Assembly (NCBI GenBank): GCA_049423385.1
Contig: JBMSQQ010000085.1
Coordinates: 1 to 14,509, forward strand
Origin: Silvanigrellaceae bacterium
GTDB taxonomy: Bacteria; Bdellovibrionota_B; Oligoflexia; Silvanigrellales; Silvanigrellaceae
Length of the DNA stretch: 14,509 nt
Direction: 5' to 3'
Both the position numbers and the translations under genes were made by a program. Under the pieces are notes generated by a model, which was not told the DNA's origin, searched no databases, and was given only the letters and a program-made list of their open reading frames with translations. Position 1 is the stretch's first letter; each line of letters begins with the position of its first letter. Positions 1 to 7,728 of this stretch are shown here, piece after piece.

Positions 1-225
1 TTCGCCGGCGGTCCCAATTTGAATTGGATTTGTTTCAAGGACCGCGAAGAGCGGCTGCCACGATCTTGAAATCCGTTGGGCGGCATCGGCGGCCGACTGG
101 CTTCCTTCATATTCAATGGTGAATTTGACGGGCACAACTTTGCCATTTTGGCGCGCCTGCATCGAGCACGCCATGCAGTGCAACAAACCTGTGATGATCG
201 GAATCCAGTTCATGTGGCGGAGCAT
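1..225 (-). CDS. Putative lipoprotein/exported protein, 5' part only (runs off the left edge; not in the ORF track)
   Basis: ATG at 225 preceded by AAGGAGAG 8 nt upstream on the minus strand. 75 open codons to the window edge: MLRHMNWIPIITGLLHCMACSMQARQNGKVVPVKFTIEYEGSQSAADAAQRISRSWQPLFAVLETNPIQIGTAGE. Basic N-terminus, hydrophobic stretch and lipobox-like (C)MAC. Divergent from the LysR gene. Confidence 0.7.
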   Translation of the reverse strand, partial: MLRHMNWIPIITGLLHCMACSMQARQNGKVVPVKFTIEYEGSQSAADAAQRISRSWQPLFAVLETNPIQIGTAGE

Positions 226-342
226 TCGACAGTCTCTCCTTGTCTCTTGTCAAGGTTCGGATTTTCCTCTGGGAACTCGAGCGCTTTTGCTGAATTTTTC
301 GTGGAATCATGGGGTTGTCTTGAAGCAAATACCGAAGTCTGC

Positions 343-376
343 TTGAGTTTTTCTCGAACTGCAGCTTATAAGCCGC
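343..376 (+). promoter_or_regulatory. Candidate sigma70 promoter for the LysR gene overlapped by a 16-bp near-palindrome (possible operator)
   Basis: TTGAGT (343-348)-N18-TATAAG (367-372). GCAGCTTATAAGCCGC (361-376) is a palindrome with one mismatched pair, centred on the -10-like hexamer, in the divergent intergenic region. Confidence 0.35.
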
Positions 377-400
377 TCATCCATGAGAGGGCTTCTCGGC

Positions 401-1351
401 GTGTCGGATTTGCAGGATATTCACAGGTTACAGGCGTTTGTTGCCGCAGTTGATGAGGGAAGTTTGTCGGCCGCTGTTCGCCGTCTGCACATCACCCAGC
501 CAGCACTCTCGGCCCGTCTCAAATTATTGGAAGAAGGTCTCGGATGTCAGCTTCTGGAACGCACGGGCCGCGGCGTACGGCCCACTCCCATGGGACAAAT
601 GGTCTATAAAAACGCAGTTGATATCCTTTCGCGCATGCAGCACCTTTCCCAGTTGGTCAAAAACCATCTTGAATTGCGCGATGGGTGGATTCACCTGGGT
701 GGCGGTGCAACAGCCGTGACCGGAGTTTTTCCAGACGCCATTGCATCTTTTCGTGAATCTTTTCCCGATGTGCAATTCACTTTGGCGGAGCAGGATTCGA
801 AAGGCGTGCTGGAGGCTGTCAGGAGTGGTGTCATTGATATTGGAATCATTACTCTTTCTTCCGACACGGTTTCAGGTTCCGATCAAGAAACAGAAGGCTT
901 GCGCATCCACGGGGAAATTCAGGACACATTGCAGGTGATTGCCAGTCCGCAACATCCACTCGTCAAAGTTGGAAGAATGCTTGAAGACAGTGGCAAGAGG
1001 TTGTTGCCAATGCACCTCAACAAGCAGCACATGATTTTGTTCGACGAAGGTTCAACTGTTCGCTCGATCATAGATGATGAATTTCGCCGACATTATGTTC
1101 ATCCTCGCATCGTCATGACCCTGCGCTCGACACAGAGCATGTTGCGCATGGTCGAAAAAAACATTGGCTTGAGCATTGTGAGCCGGTTGTCGATGACAGC
1201 CGACGCGCAAGTTCAAATTTTGCCCGTGGCTGGCTTGCAGATGGAGCGCAAATTGGTTCTTATTTCTGCCGAGGACCGGACTCTCCCGCCGGCTGCCGAC
1301 GCCTTTTTGAAAGTTCTTTGCCGGAACTCCGGAGCGAATCCTGCGCCATAG
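401..1351 (+). CDS. LysR-family transcriptional regulator (effector domain resembles CysL/CbbR-type)
   Basis: HTH signature LQAFVAAVDEGSLSAAVRRLHITQPALSARLKLLEEGLGCQLLERTGRGVRPT. PBP2 motifs FRESFPDV, IDIGI, EGSTVR, MVEKNIGLSIVS, LPPAADAFL. The ORF track starts at ATG 383; GTG 401 is preferred because GAGAGGG lies 9 nt upstream and it places the HTH at the N-terminus. Confidence 0.95.
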   Translation: MSDLQDIHRLQAFVAAVDEGSLSAAVRRLHITQPALSARLKLLEEGLGCQLLERTGRGVRPTPMGQMVYKNAVDILSRMQHLSQLVKNHLELRDGWIHLGGGATAVTGVFPDAIASFRESFPDVQFTLAEQDSKGVLEAVRSGVIDIGIITLSSDTVSGSDQETEGLRIHGEIQDTLQVIASPQHPLVKVGRMLEDSGKRLLPMHLNKQHMILFDEGSTVRSIIDDEFRRHYVHPRIVMTLRSTQSMLRMVEKNIGLSIVSRLSMTADAQVQILPVAGLQMERKLVLISAEDRTLPPAADAFLKVLCRNSGANPAP

Positions 1352-1826
1352 CGATCATCTCGAGAAGTTCCAAACGAAGCTTCCACAGCCGTTGGACGCG
1401 CAAAGCCTCGATTCGCATTTCCTGCATGGGATTGGCAGACAAATCATCCTCGTTTTCGAAACCAAGATATTTGCGGTCGGGTTCCTCTTCGCTTGAAAAG
1501 CGTTCAACCGAACGCGCAAGCTGTTTCAATTGAACGAGTTGATCCACCGATTCTGAAACGAGCGTGTGGAGTTCATTGCGTCCATGGTCGGCAATCAATC
1601 GATGAAGATCGGAATTTTTGAAGCCATCGGGCGCACTCTCGCGGATCTGCTCGGGCGTAGGGCCCATCCAGCTGGAATACGGGGAAATTCTGTTGCTCAT
1701 GTCATTCAACGATGAAAATCCAAGGCCAGAATCATCACCTCCACGGCGACGCCCTGGCAGGTTGCTCCTGCCTCGGTGAAAGCTGACACCACGGATTCTG
1801 TTGCGGGTAAAGAGCCGACTGGCCAC
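1260..1826 (-). CDS. Hypothetical helical protein
   Basis: 188-aa ORF. GTG start with GGAG 6 nt upstream, 13 nt after the stop of the upstream DUF4175-like gene; alternative ATG at 1700. Amphipathic helical segments (LHTLVSESVDQLVQLKQLARSV; MRIEALRVQRLWKLRLELLEMI). The 3' end overlaps the LysR gene by 92 nt. Confidence 0.7.
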   Translation of the reverse strand: MASRLFTRNRIRGVSFHRGRSNLPGRRRGGDDSGLGFSSLNDMSNRISPYSSWMGPTPEQIRESAPDGFKNSDLHRLIADHGRNELHTLVSESVDQLVQLKQLARSVERFSSEEEPDRKYLGFENEDDLSANPMQEMRIEALRVQRLWKLRLELLEMIAMAQDSLRSSGKELSKRRRQPAGESGPRQK

Positions 1827-1839
1827 GCTGCGCTCCGTT

Positions 1840-4014
1840 CTATCTCAATCGTGATTCGAGATATTGGATGGCAGGTGAATCCGATGGTTCGCCCGAAGCT
1901 CTCAGCCGTGCAATTTCATCGAGGATTTGCCTGCGCCAACCCATGTCGAGTTGACCTTGTGCTGCAAGGGCTTCCTGTGCACTTCTGAAGTTTTGTCCGT
2001 CCTGCTCCTGTTGACTCTGACGCTCAGCTTCTTCTTCATCCTGCAATGCGGCCAGGGCTCGCACGATTCCATCCTGTGCTTCGTCCATCCCTGACTCCAT
2101 TTCCTGGTTGTTGCCTGTTTGCGCTCCCTGGCGAGCTTTTTGGTTTCCTTTTTGCGCGTCGCGGGCGGCATCCTGGAATTCGTTTGAAATGTCTGGAAGC
2201 GAGTCGAGATCCTGTTGTGATTTGCGGAGTGCATCCTTGGATTGTCCTTGGTTGCGGCGTGCATTCTGCAATTCGCTGTCGGCACGGGTCAGTCTTTCAC
2301 GCGCGTCGCGCATGGCCCGCTGTCTTGCCTGTTGCAGCATGGAAAGCACTCCACCCAGATGCTTCTGTGCATGCTCGAGTGTCGCTTGCGACTTGTTCAC
2401 CGAATCGGTCTGTTTGGATTGCTTCAGGGTTTGTTCGAGGTCCTTGAGATTTCCGGGAGTGTTGTCCATCTGCAATTCTCCCAGAGCAGTCTGTTTCTCT
2501 TGCAGTGTGAGGCCTGAGTTTGGCTTTTCAACCATTGCCGAAAGTTGTTTTTTGAGATTTGCCGCGGAACCGCGAAGTTCGTCGGCATCCTTGCCCAACT
2601 GTGGCAGTTGTTCAGGCGAGGCGCGTTGGATGGAAAGCTTGAGGTTTTGCAGCCGGGCCAAAAGATTTTGGATTTGGCTGGAAGTTTGTTCGCGCTTGAG
2701 CCGTTCGAGCAGGTTCTTGATTTTTTTCTCTGTCTGTTGCGCTGCCTGATCCCTCGGATTTTCGATCTTTTCTGCCGAACGTGAGATTTGTTCCGTTTGT
2801 TTTGCAGCGGCGCTTTGTGATCCCATCTGCTGCGCCGATTCGCGGGCTTTAGCCAACTCGCGAGACAATGTCTCTTTCAACTGTGATTTTGAGGTGGATT
2901 GGCTTTGCAGTGCCTGCAAAGATTTTTCGAGCGCCTGGATCAGATCCTGACGAATGCTTTCGCGGGTGATGATTTCAAATTTCAATTCTTCGGATTCACC
3001 TTGAATGGATTCAGCCACGGTCTTTGCAACAGCCTTGATGAAAAGCGTGTCTTTTGCCGAGAACGGAATGCCGGTGGTGTTGAATCCAATGCGGTTGCCA
3101 TCGAACGTTTGTTCATTCGCGTTGGCAAATTCGGCGACAGGCTTGACCATGCGGTATCCGGATGCTGTCCTCACATGGAATTCAACTGAGGCCAGTGGGA
3201 TTTTTGATCTCACTTTCACATCCAGAGGAACACTCCCCTCGCGTTCCGGTCCGCCGTTTGATTTGCTCAATTCCACCTGTGGTTTGGGTTGCGGTGTGAA
3301 CACCAGCGTTTGTTTTGCGTATTCCTGGTTGTTCTTCTGCACCAGAAGTTCGACCTTGTGGGCTTCCCGGGGGTCGAGAGAAAGTTGTTCCAGTATTGCC
3401 CTCGCACTGTGACCAAACTGCGCTGATGCCGGCAAGGAGACAGGCTTGGCATTTGCTGCAGATGTTTGAGGACGAAAAACCAAGGACCATTGGGAAGACT
3501 GCTTTCGGAACCTAATCTCGATCGACACGTAAGCATCCGCGTCTATTTCAAGTTCGTCGCTGACAATACCCTTGAGTTTTGTCTCCTTGGCCTGGGTGTC
3601 CACATAACTTGGATACTCAACCCTCAGGAAGACTTGTTCGCTGCGCAGTTTTTTTTCGAGCCATGTCAGCAGGTCTCGTCCCTTGGGGGCCAAGGGCGGA
3701 AGCGTTGCGATGCTCCACATCGTCAAAAGTCCGCATGCGAATACGAATCTTCTGCGGCCGAGTTTGCGGCGATCAAGTTTTCGGGTCTGCAGGTTGAGGT
3801 CGAGTCTTTCAGCTCCGATTGTTTGTTCAATCTTCAGGGGATGAAGCACCAGGAGATTCCAGGCTCCGGCAACCAGCAAGCCCAGAAGTGCGCCCAACCA
3901 GAAGAAGTCGCCACGGCTCGAGGTTGCAACCGATGACGAAGTGAACCCAACAAAAAAAAGGGTCCACGCCAAACTTCGCAAATCCATTTTCGAGATCATT
4001 TTTTCGCGGTCCAT
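1840..4014 (-). CDS. DUF4175 (TIGR02302)-like membrane-anchored protein with long Gln-rich coiled coil
   Basis: Two to three N-terminal hydrophobic helices, a beta-rich region (VEYPSY, P-P-V-L motifs), then about 350 aa of Q/E/K/L heptads. The C-terminus RRQILDEIARLRASGEPSDSPAIQYLESRLR resembles the remembered DUF4175 tail (RxILxExxxR...YLERL). ATG 4014 preferred over 4068: GGAGAG 8 nt upstream and no overlap with the exonuclease. Confidence 0.8.
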   Translation of the reverse strand: MDREKMISKMDLRSLAWTLFFVGFTSSSVATSSRGDFFWLGALLGLLVAGAWNLLVLHPLKIEQTIGAERLDLNLQTRKLDRRKLGRRRFVFACGLLTMWSIATLPPLAPKGRDLLTWLEKKLRSEQVFLRVEYPSYVDTQAKETKLKGIVSDELEIDADAYVSIEIRFRKQSSQWSLVFRPQTSAANAKPVSLPASAQFGHSARAILEQLSLDPREAHKVELLVQKNNQEYAKQTLVFTPQPKPQVELSKSNGGPEREGSVPLDVKVRSKIPLASVEFHVRTASGYRMVKPVAEFANANEQTFDGNRIGFNTTGIPFSAKDTLFIKAVAKTVAESIQGESEELKFEIITRESIRQDLIQALEKSLQALQSQSTSKSQLKETLSRELAKARESAQQMGSQSAAAKQTEQISRSAEKIENPRDQAAQQTEKKIKNLLERLKREQTSSQIQNLLARLQNLKLSIQRASPEQLPQLGKDADELRGSAANLKKQLSAMVEKPNSGLTLQEKQTALGELQMDNTPGNLKDLEQTLKQSKQTDSVNKSQATLEHAQKHLGGVLSMLQQARQRAMRDARERLTRADSELQNARRNQGQSKDALRKSQQDLDSLPDISNEFQDAARDAQKGNQKARQGAQTGNNQEMESGMDEAQDGIVRALAALQDEEEAERQSQQEQDGQNFRSAQEALAAQGQLDMGWRRQILDEIARLRASGEPSDSPAIQYLESRLR

Positions 4015-4036
4015 GAGCTCTGCTCTCCGTGTTGGA

Positions 4037-4720
4037 TCAGAGCTGCGCCATTTGCTCCTGCCAGGCATTCAGGTCGGCCAATGTCTGCAGCTCGGGGCGC
4101 TCTTTCAGCATGTTCCAGAGCACCTCAGCGGTCACCAGAATATCGCCGATGGAGCGGTGGCGCGACTCGAACGTCAGATTATAGTGTGCGGCCAGAGCAT
4201 CGAGGTTCTTGCGTTCGGATTGCACGAGTGCACGGGCCATCTTGAGCGTGCAAATTACGTGATACTGACAACTCATTCCTAATCTTGCACTTTCATGAAG
4301 CATTACGTTGCAGTCGAATTCTGCATTGTGGGCAACGCCAAGGCTTCCGCGCATGAACTCATGAAAATCGTAAAAAACGTTCTGGAGGCTGGGTGCGTCG
4401 GCCAGCATCTCATCGTTGATTCCCGTCAATCCAAACGTTTCGGGTGGAAGTTTTTGGCCTGGATTTACAAGCGTCGTGAATCGGCCAATTTCTTTCCGGT
4501 TGCGATACTTGATCGCGCCAATTTCAATGATTCTTGCTGTTTTTACATCGAGTCCGGTGGTTTCAAAGTCGAAAACCACAATTGGCAGCTCGCTGAGTTG
4601 AGCGCTTGGTGCAAAAGAAGAGCCACTGACTCCGCCCATGATGGCCAAAGGAGCGACCTGACGCGCGGAGCGTCCGTTCAAAAGCTGATGAAAAATGCTG
4701 TTTTGAAACGCAGAAGCCAT
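4037..4720 (-). CDS. DEDDh 3'-5' exonuclease (DNA polymerase III epsilon-like / PolC exonuclease-domain-like)
   Basis: ExoI VVFDFETTGLD, IIEIGA, LTGINDEML, ExoII VAHNAEFD, CTLKMAR, ExoIII HRSIGD. RBS GAGGT 9 nt upstream of the ATG. Not named dnaQ because orthology cannot be shown from sequence alone. Confidence 0.95.
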   Translation of the reverse strand: MASAFQNSIFHQLLNGRSARQVAPLAIMGGVSGSSFAPSAQLSELPIVVFDFETTGLDVKTARIIEIGAIKYRNRKEIGRFTTLVNPGQKLPPETFGLTGINDEMLADAPSLQNVFYDFHEFMRGSLGVAHNAEFDCNVMLHESARLGMSCQYHVICTLKMARALVQSERKNLDALAAHYNLTFESRHRSIGDILVTAEVLWNMLKERPELQTLADLNAWQEQMAQL

Positions 4721-4765
4721 TGTGTCGGTACCTCTTTGAGTTTTTTCCTAGCACGAAATCAGGAG

Positions 4766-4807
4766 CAAGAAAAAGCCGCCCATCCTCTTGCAAAGGGTTG
4801 GGCGGCT
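4766..4807 (-). terminator. Intrinsic terminator-like hairpin, minus strand
   Basis: Perfect 9-bp stem AGCCGCCCA (4774-4782) / TGGGCGGCT (4799-4807) with further imperfect inner pairing, followed on the minus strand by UUUUUCUUG. Confidence 0.6.
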
Positions 4808-4829
4808 ATTGTAAACGAACGTCTCACGA

Positions 4830-4905
4830 GGGCGGTTAGCTCAGTTGGGAGAGCGCAGCAATGGCATTGCTGAGGTCGTCGGTTCGATCCCGATACCGTC
4901 CACCA
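4830..4905 (+). tRNA. tRNA-Ala(GGC)
   Basis: 76-nt cloverleaf: acceptor GGGCGGT/ACCGTCC with the G3:U70 Ala identity pair, D arm GCTC-AGTTGGGA-GAGC, anticodon arm CAGCA-ATGGCAT-TGCTG (anticodon GGC, with the A32-U38 typical of tRNA-Ala GGC), T arm GTCGG-TTCGATC-CCGAT, discriminator A, encoded CCA. Confidence 0.98.
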
Positions 4906-4934
4906 TTCTTCGCCGGTTCACGGCGCACAAAGTT

Positions 4935-6050
4935 TCACTTCGGAAGTCTATAAATCCTGCGGGCGTTTTCGCTCATGACAGCGCGTGCCTGTTCGAGGCT
5001 GTAACCAACACGGTCCATGCTCTTCAGTGTCAGCTGAACGTATTGTCCTGTTGCGCCCGGTTGCCCGGAAGCATCCGACCCATAAAGGATGCGGTCGACA
5101 ACGTTCATGTCTTTTAAACGGCGGAGGGCTCCGTCCATGAATTTCCCATCCTTGTCGTACATGGCAAGGCCAAATGCACTGATCTCAAAATACACATTGG
5201 GATATTTCTCAGCGAGTTTGTAAACCTCCTCCGAAAAATCAACTCCTTCCTTGTTGAAGTCGAAACCCATGTGGCCAAGGATGAAAGGCACATTGGGGTA
5301 CTTGGCGATTGCCCATTCGAGCGCTGTTGGATCTGCAGCTCTGAGGTAGTTCTTGCGTGCGTCGTCCGATGGGAAGTCCTTCATGCGGCGAATCGGTGAT
5401 GTGCCGATGTGATGATAGACGGGAACGTTCAGCTCTTGAGCCACCTTGTAGATTTCGTCGAATTGCTGATCATCCATCGGCAGCTCGTTGTGAACAAAGG
5501 CGAGCTTGATGCCCTTCATCCATGGGTGGGCCAATGCCTTGCGCAAGTTCGCAATTTCCTCGCTCGCATTGTCCGGAAAACGGTGAACGTTCAGGCTGGC
5601 CATGCCAAAGAAATACGACAGTTCGCCATTTGGTCCACGATTGCGCACGTCGTCGATGATTTTGATGATCGAATCGTTGTCGTAGGTGCCCCACGTGAGA
5701 GGGGCGTAAACCGCCATCAAACCGCACATGCTGAGTCCCGCGCTGATGCAGCTGGCACGCGTCCCGAAAATCGGGGTGTAGGGCTGAAGCACGAGATTGG
5801 CGTAGGTATCGAGGCTCCAGTTTTTGAAACCCATGGGAAGCCAATTTGGCAAGTTGCTCAGCACAAATTGCTTGCCCAGGGGACCCATGGTGCTCGCGTC
5901 GCCCACGTGTTGGTGAATATCGATCACTTCCACGGATTGTGAGCGGTATTGCGGAACCTTGAACGATGCCCGGGCCGAATTGAGTGGTGCAAAAAGTGCA
6001 AACAAAATAATCAACGGAATCTGCACAAAGCCATGTGTCAGGATTTTCAT
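4935..6050 (-). CDS. Amidohydrolase-family (Amidohydro_2-type TIM-barrel) metal-dependent hydrolase with N-terminal signal peptide
   Basis: Motifs IDIHQH (HxH), GIKL, PVYHHIG, ILGHMG, YPNVYFEIS, RILYGSD, ENARRIY. The N-terminus MKILTHGFVQIPLIILFALFAPLNSARA is Sec-like. RBS GGAGG 10 nt upstream. Confidence 0.92.
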   Translation of the reverse strand: MKILTHGFVQIPLIILFALFAPLNSARASFKVPQYRSQSVEVIDIHQHVGDASTMGPLGKQFVLSNLPNWLPMGFKNWSLDTYANLVLQPYTPIFGTRASCISAGLSMCGLMAVYAPLTWGTYDNDSIIKIIDDVRNRGPNGELSYFFGMASLNVHRFPDNASEEIANLRKALAHPWMKGIKLAFVHNELPMDDQQFDEIYKVAQELNVPVYHHIGTSPIRRMKDFPSDDARKNYLRAADPTALEWAIAKYPNVPFILGHMGFDFNKEGVDFSEEVYKLAEKYPNVYFEISAFGLAMYDKDGKFMDGALRRLKDMNVVDRILYGSDASGQPGATGQYVQLTLKSMDRVGYSLEQARAVMSENARRIYRLPK

Positions 6051-6157
6051 ATCGTCGATTGCCTCCGATTCTTTGGAAGTGTGCTAAGTTAGAACGGTCA
6101 AATGGTCAAATGATTTTGATAAGCCTTGATGTTTTCAAGGGGAGTTGAGGCGGGGCG

Positions 6158-6850
6158 ATGATGTTCTCTGGAAAGTTCGTATTTTCGAGTCTTTTTGTGG
6201 GTTTGCTGATGTCCAATGGTGGAGTGGCAATCGCTTCCCAGACGCCGGCCAATGGGAACCAGAGCAACACTTCAGCCAAGCCCGAGGCCGCCAAGACCGG
6301 TTCGACCGCCAGCCAATCTCAAGACAAAGACGATGACATGGATGCGGGCGATATCGATGATCGATTCGCAACCGAGGGGTACGTTGGCGCCTATGTGGCG
6401 GGTCTTCAGGGCACAATCCCGTCCTTGGGCGTCACTGCGTCGGTCTTTTTGGATGACGATTTCCGCGCGGGAATCGATATTTGGAAAGGGCAATCGAAGG
6501 CTTTCTTCAGTTCCTTCAAAAGTCAGGGCGCAGGATTGTGGAGCGCCTGGGAGCTCAATGGTCAATTTTGGTTGAAGGGCGGATTGAGCTATTTGAGTCT
6601 CGAGCGCCCGACGGGGCAGGATCCCCTGCCTGCATTGACGAAAGCGAACGACACCACCGAAAAGTCTTCGACGCGTATCGACTCCATTTCCCTCGATGCT
6701 TCGATAGGGCAACTCTGGACGTTCTCCAAATTCAGCATTGGAGCAGATTACGTTGGATTCTCTTTGCCATTCATGACGTTGGTGGGAGAAAAGAAGTCCC
6801 TGTTCAACGTCCACGCGCTGCGCTTCGAGTTTCTCTACGATATCGACTGA
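6158..6850 (+). CDS. Exported protein, probable small outer-membrane beta-barrel
   Basis: Sec-like signal (..LFVGLLMSNGGVAIA), polar/acidic N-terminal linker, then amphipathic Gly/aromatic strands (LGVTASVFL, FRAGIDIW, FWLKGGLSYLSL, LDASIGQLWTF, FSIGADYVG, LRFEFLYDID). Confidence 0.75.
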   Translation: MMFSGKFVFSSLFVGLLMSNGGVAIASQTPANGNQSNTSAKPEAAKTGSTASQSQDKDDDMDAGDIDDRFATEGYVGAYVAGLQGTIPSLGVTASVFLDDDFRAGIDIWKGQSKAFFSSFKSQGAGLWSAWELNGQFWLKGGLSYLSLERPTGQDPLPALTKANDTTEKSSTRIDSISLDASIGQLWTFSKFSIGADYVGFSLPFMTLVGEKKSLFNVHALRFEFLYDID

Positions 6851-6862
6851 TTGATACCGTTT

Positions 6863-7567
6863 TTAGAGAAGATCCAGCAGATAGCTTGTCTTCATTTGAG
6901 TTGATTTGTCTTCGTTGCCAAGCACAAACGAAATGGATTCGAATGACGGCGGACCCGGAGGCGGAGTCAGCCGGGGCTTGCCGTTTTCAGAGAATGCGAG
7001 TCCCTCTTTGGGAATTCCAAACAGGTTATAGTTGAGTTTCTTGTCTTTGTTTTCGTCGTGCCATCCGGCGATTGCGTATGTTCCTGGCGGAAGATTTTGG
7101 ATTTGAACGTCGAACGACTTTTCAGCCACTGCAAAACATTCGGCGACAATCGCTTTTTCAGCTGAATCTGGGAATCCTTCGGAAGATGCGAAAATCGACA
7201 TGCAAAAGTTACCAGACACGCTGTGGAGATCTCTGATGCTCACGGTCAACACCGCGCGAGGCGGATTCAACGGACTGTTTCCGTTTCCCGAATTGTCGCC
7301 ATTTGTGTTTCCGCTGCCTGCTCCAGTCGGCTGGGAAGAGCCGCCAGCGCCTGAGAGATCATTTGAAGGCTTTTGATTGTCGGCAGAAACCGACGGGGTC
7401 TGCTGCGGGTTGGTTGGTCCTGGAACCTGGATGGGATTGACGGTGATCGGAACTCGAGGATCTTTTCCGACCGTCTCTCCGGATTTTTCTCCGCAGCCCG
7501 TTTGGGTGGTGAGCAAGAGAACGAATGCGCTGAACAACGGACACAATTTGCTTTCGAAAGCTTGCAT
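6863..7567 (-). CDS. DUF2141-domain lipoprotein with low-complexity Pro/Gly/Ser/Asn linker
   Basis: C-terminal LTVSIRDL..SG...GFP...LPPGTYAIAGWHDENKDKKLNYNLFGIPKEGLAFSEN...GPPSF is the DUF2141 pattern. Start moved from 7732 to ATG 7567: GGAGG upstream, it gives the signal MQAFESKLCPLFSAFVLLLTTQTG-C, and the longer version would run through a terminator. Confidence 0.88.
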   Translation of the reverse strand: MQAFESKLCPLFSAFVLLLTTQTGCGEKSGETVGKDPRVPITVNPIQVPGPTNPQQTPSVSADNQKPSNDLSGAGGSSQPTGAGSGNTNGDNSGNGNSPLNPPRAVLTVSIRDLHSVSGNFCMSIFASSEGFPDSAEKAIVAECFAVAEKSFDVQIQNLPPGTYAIAGWHDENKDKKLNYNLFGIPKEGLAFSENGKPRLTPPPGPPSFESISFVLGNEDKSTQMKTSYLLDLL

Positions 7568-7654
7568 AGGTGGCGGTGCCTCCGGCGCAGGAAATGCGGA
7601 CCGATGAAATGTCGAGTCAGCAGGCGCGAATCCGGACCCTAACATCACCCACTG

Positions 7655-7694
7655 AAAACAAAAAGAAAAAGCCGGCAGGGATGCCGACTTTTTT
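7655..7694 (-). terminator. Rho-independent terminator of the porin-like gene
   Basis: Minus-strand RNA AAAAAA-GUCGGCA-UCCC-UGCCGGC-UUUUUCUUUUUGUUUU. The stem is fully paired (one G:U) on the minus strand but has a C-A mismatch on the plus strand. Begins about 35 nt after the stop at 7729. Confidence 0.88.
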
Positions 7695-7728
7695 GGAATC
7701 ATCAAGGAGTCCGGGCTATTGAGAGTGC

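Noticed and set aside
76..453. Short ORFs 76..453 (+), 116..346 (+) and 113..328 (-)
   Set aside because: No motifs or clear RBS; they overlap the better-supported minus-strand ORF at 1-225 and the promoter region.
1840..3000. Tape-measure, SMC or chemoreceptor identity for the long coiled coil
   Set aside because: No Walker motifs, MCP hairpin signature or phage context; the C-terminal motif fits DUF4175 better.
4830..4934. Prophage or integrative element at tRNA-Ala
   Set aside because: No integrase, att-like duplication or phage genes seen in the window.
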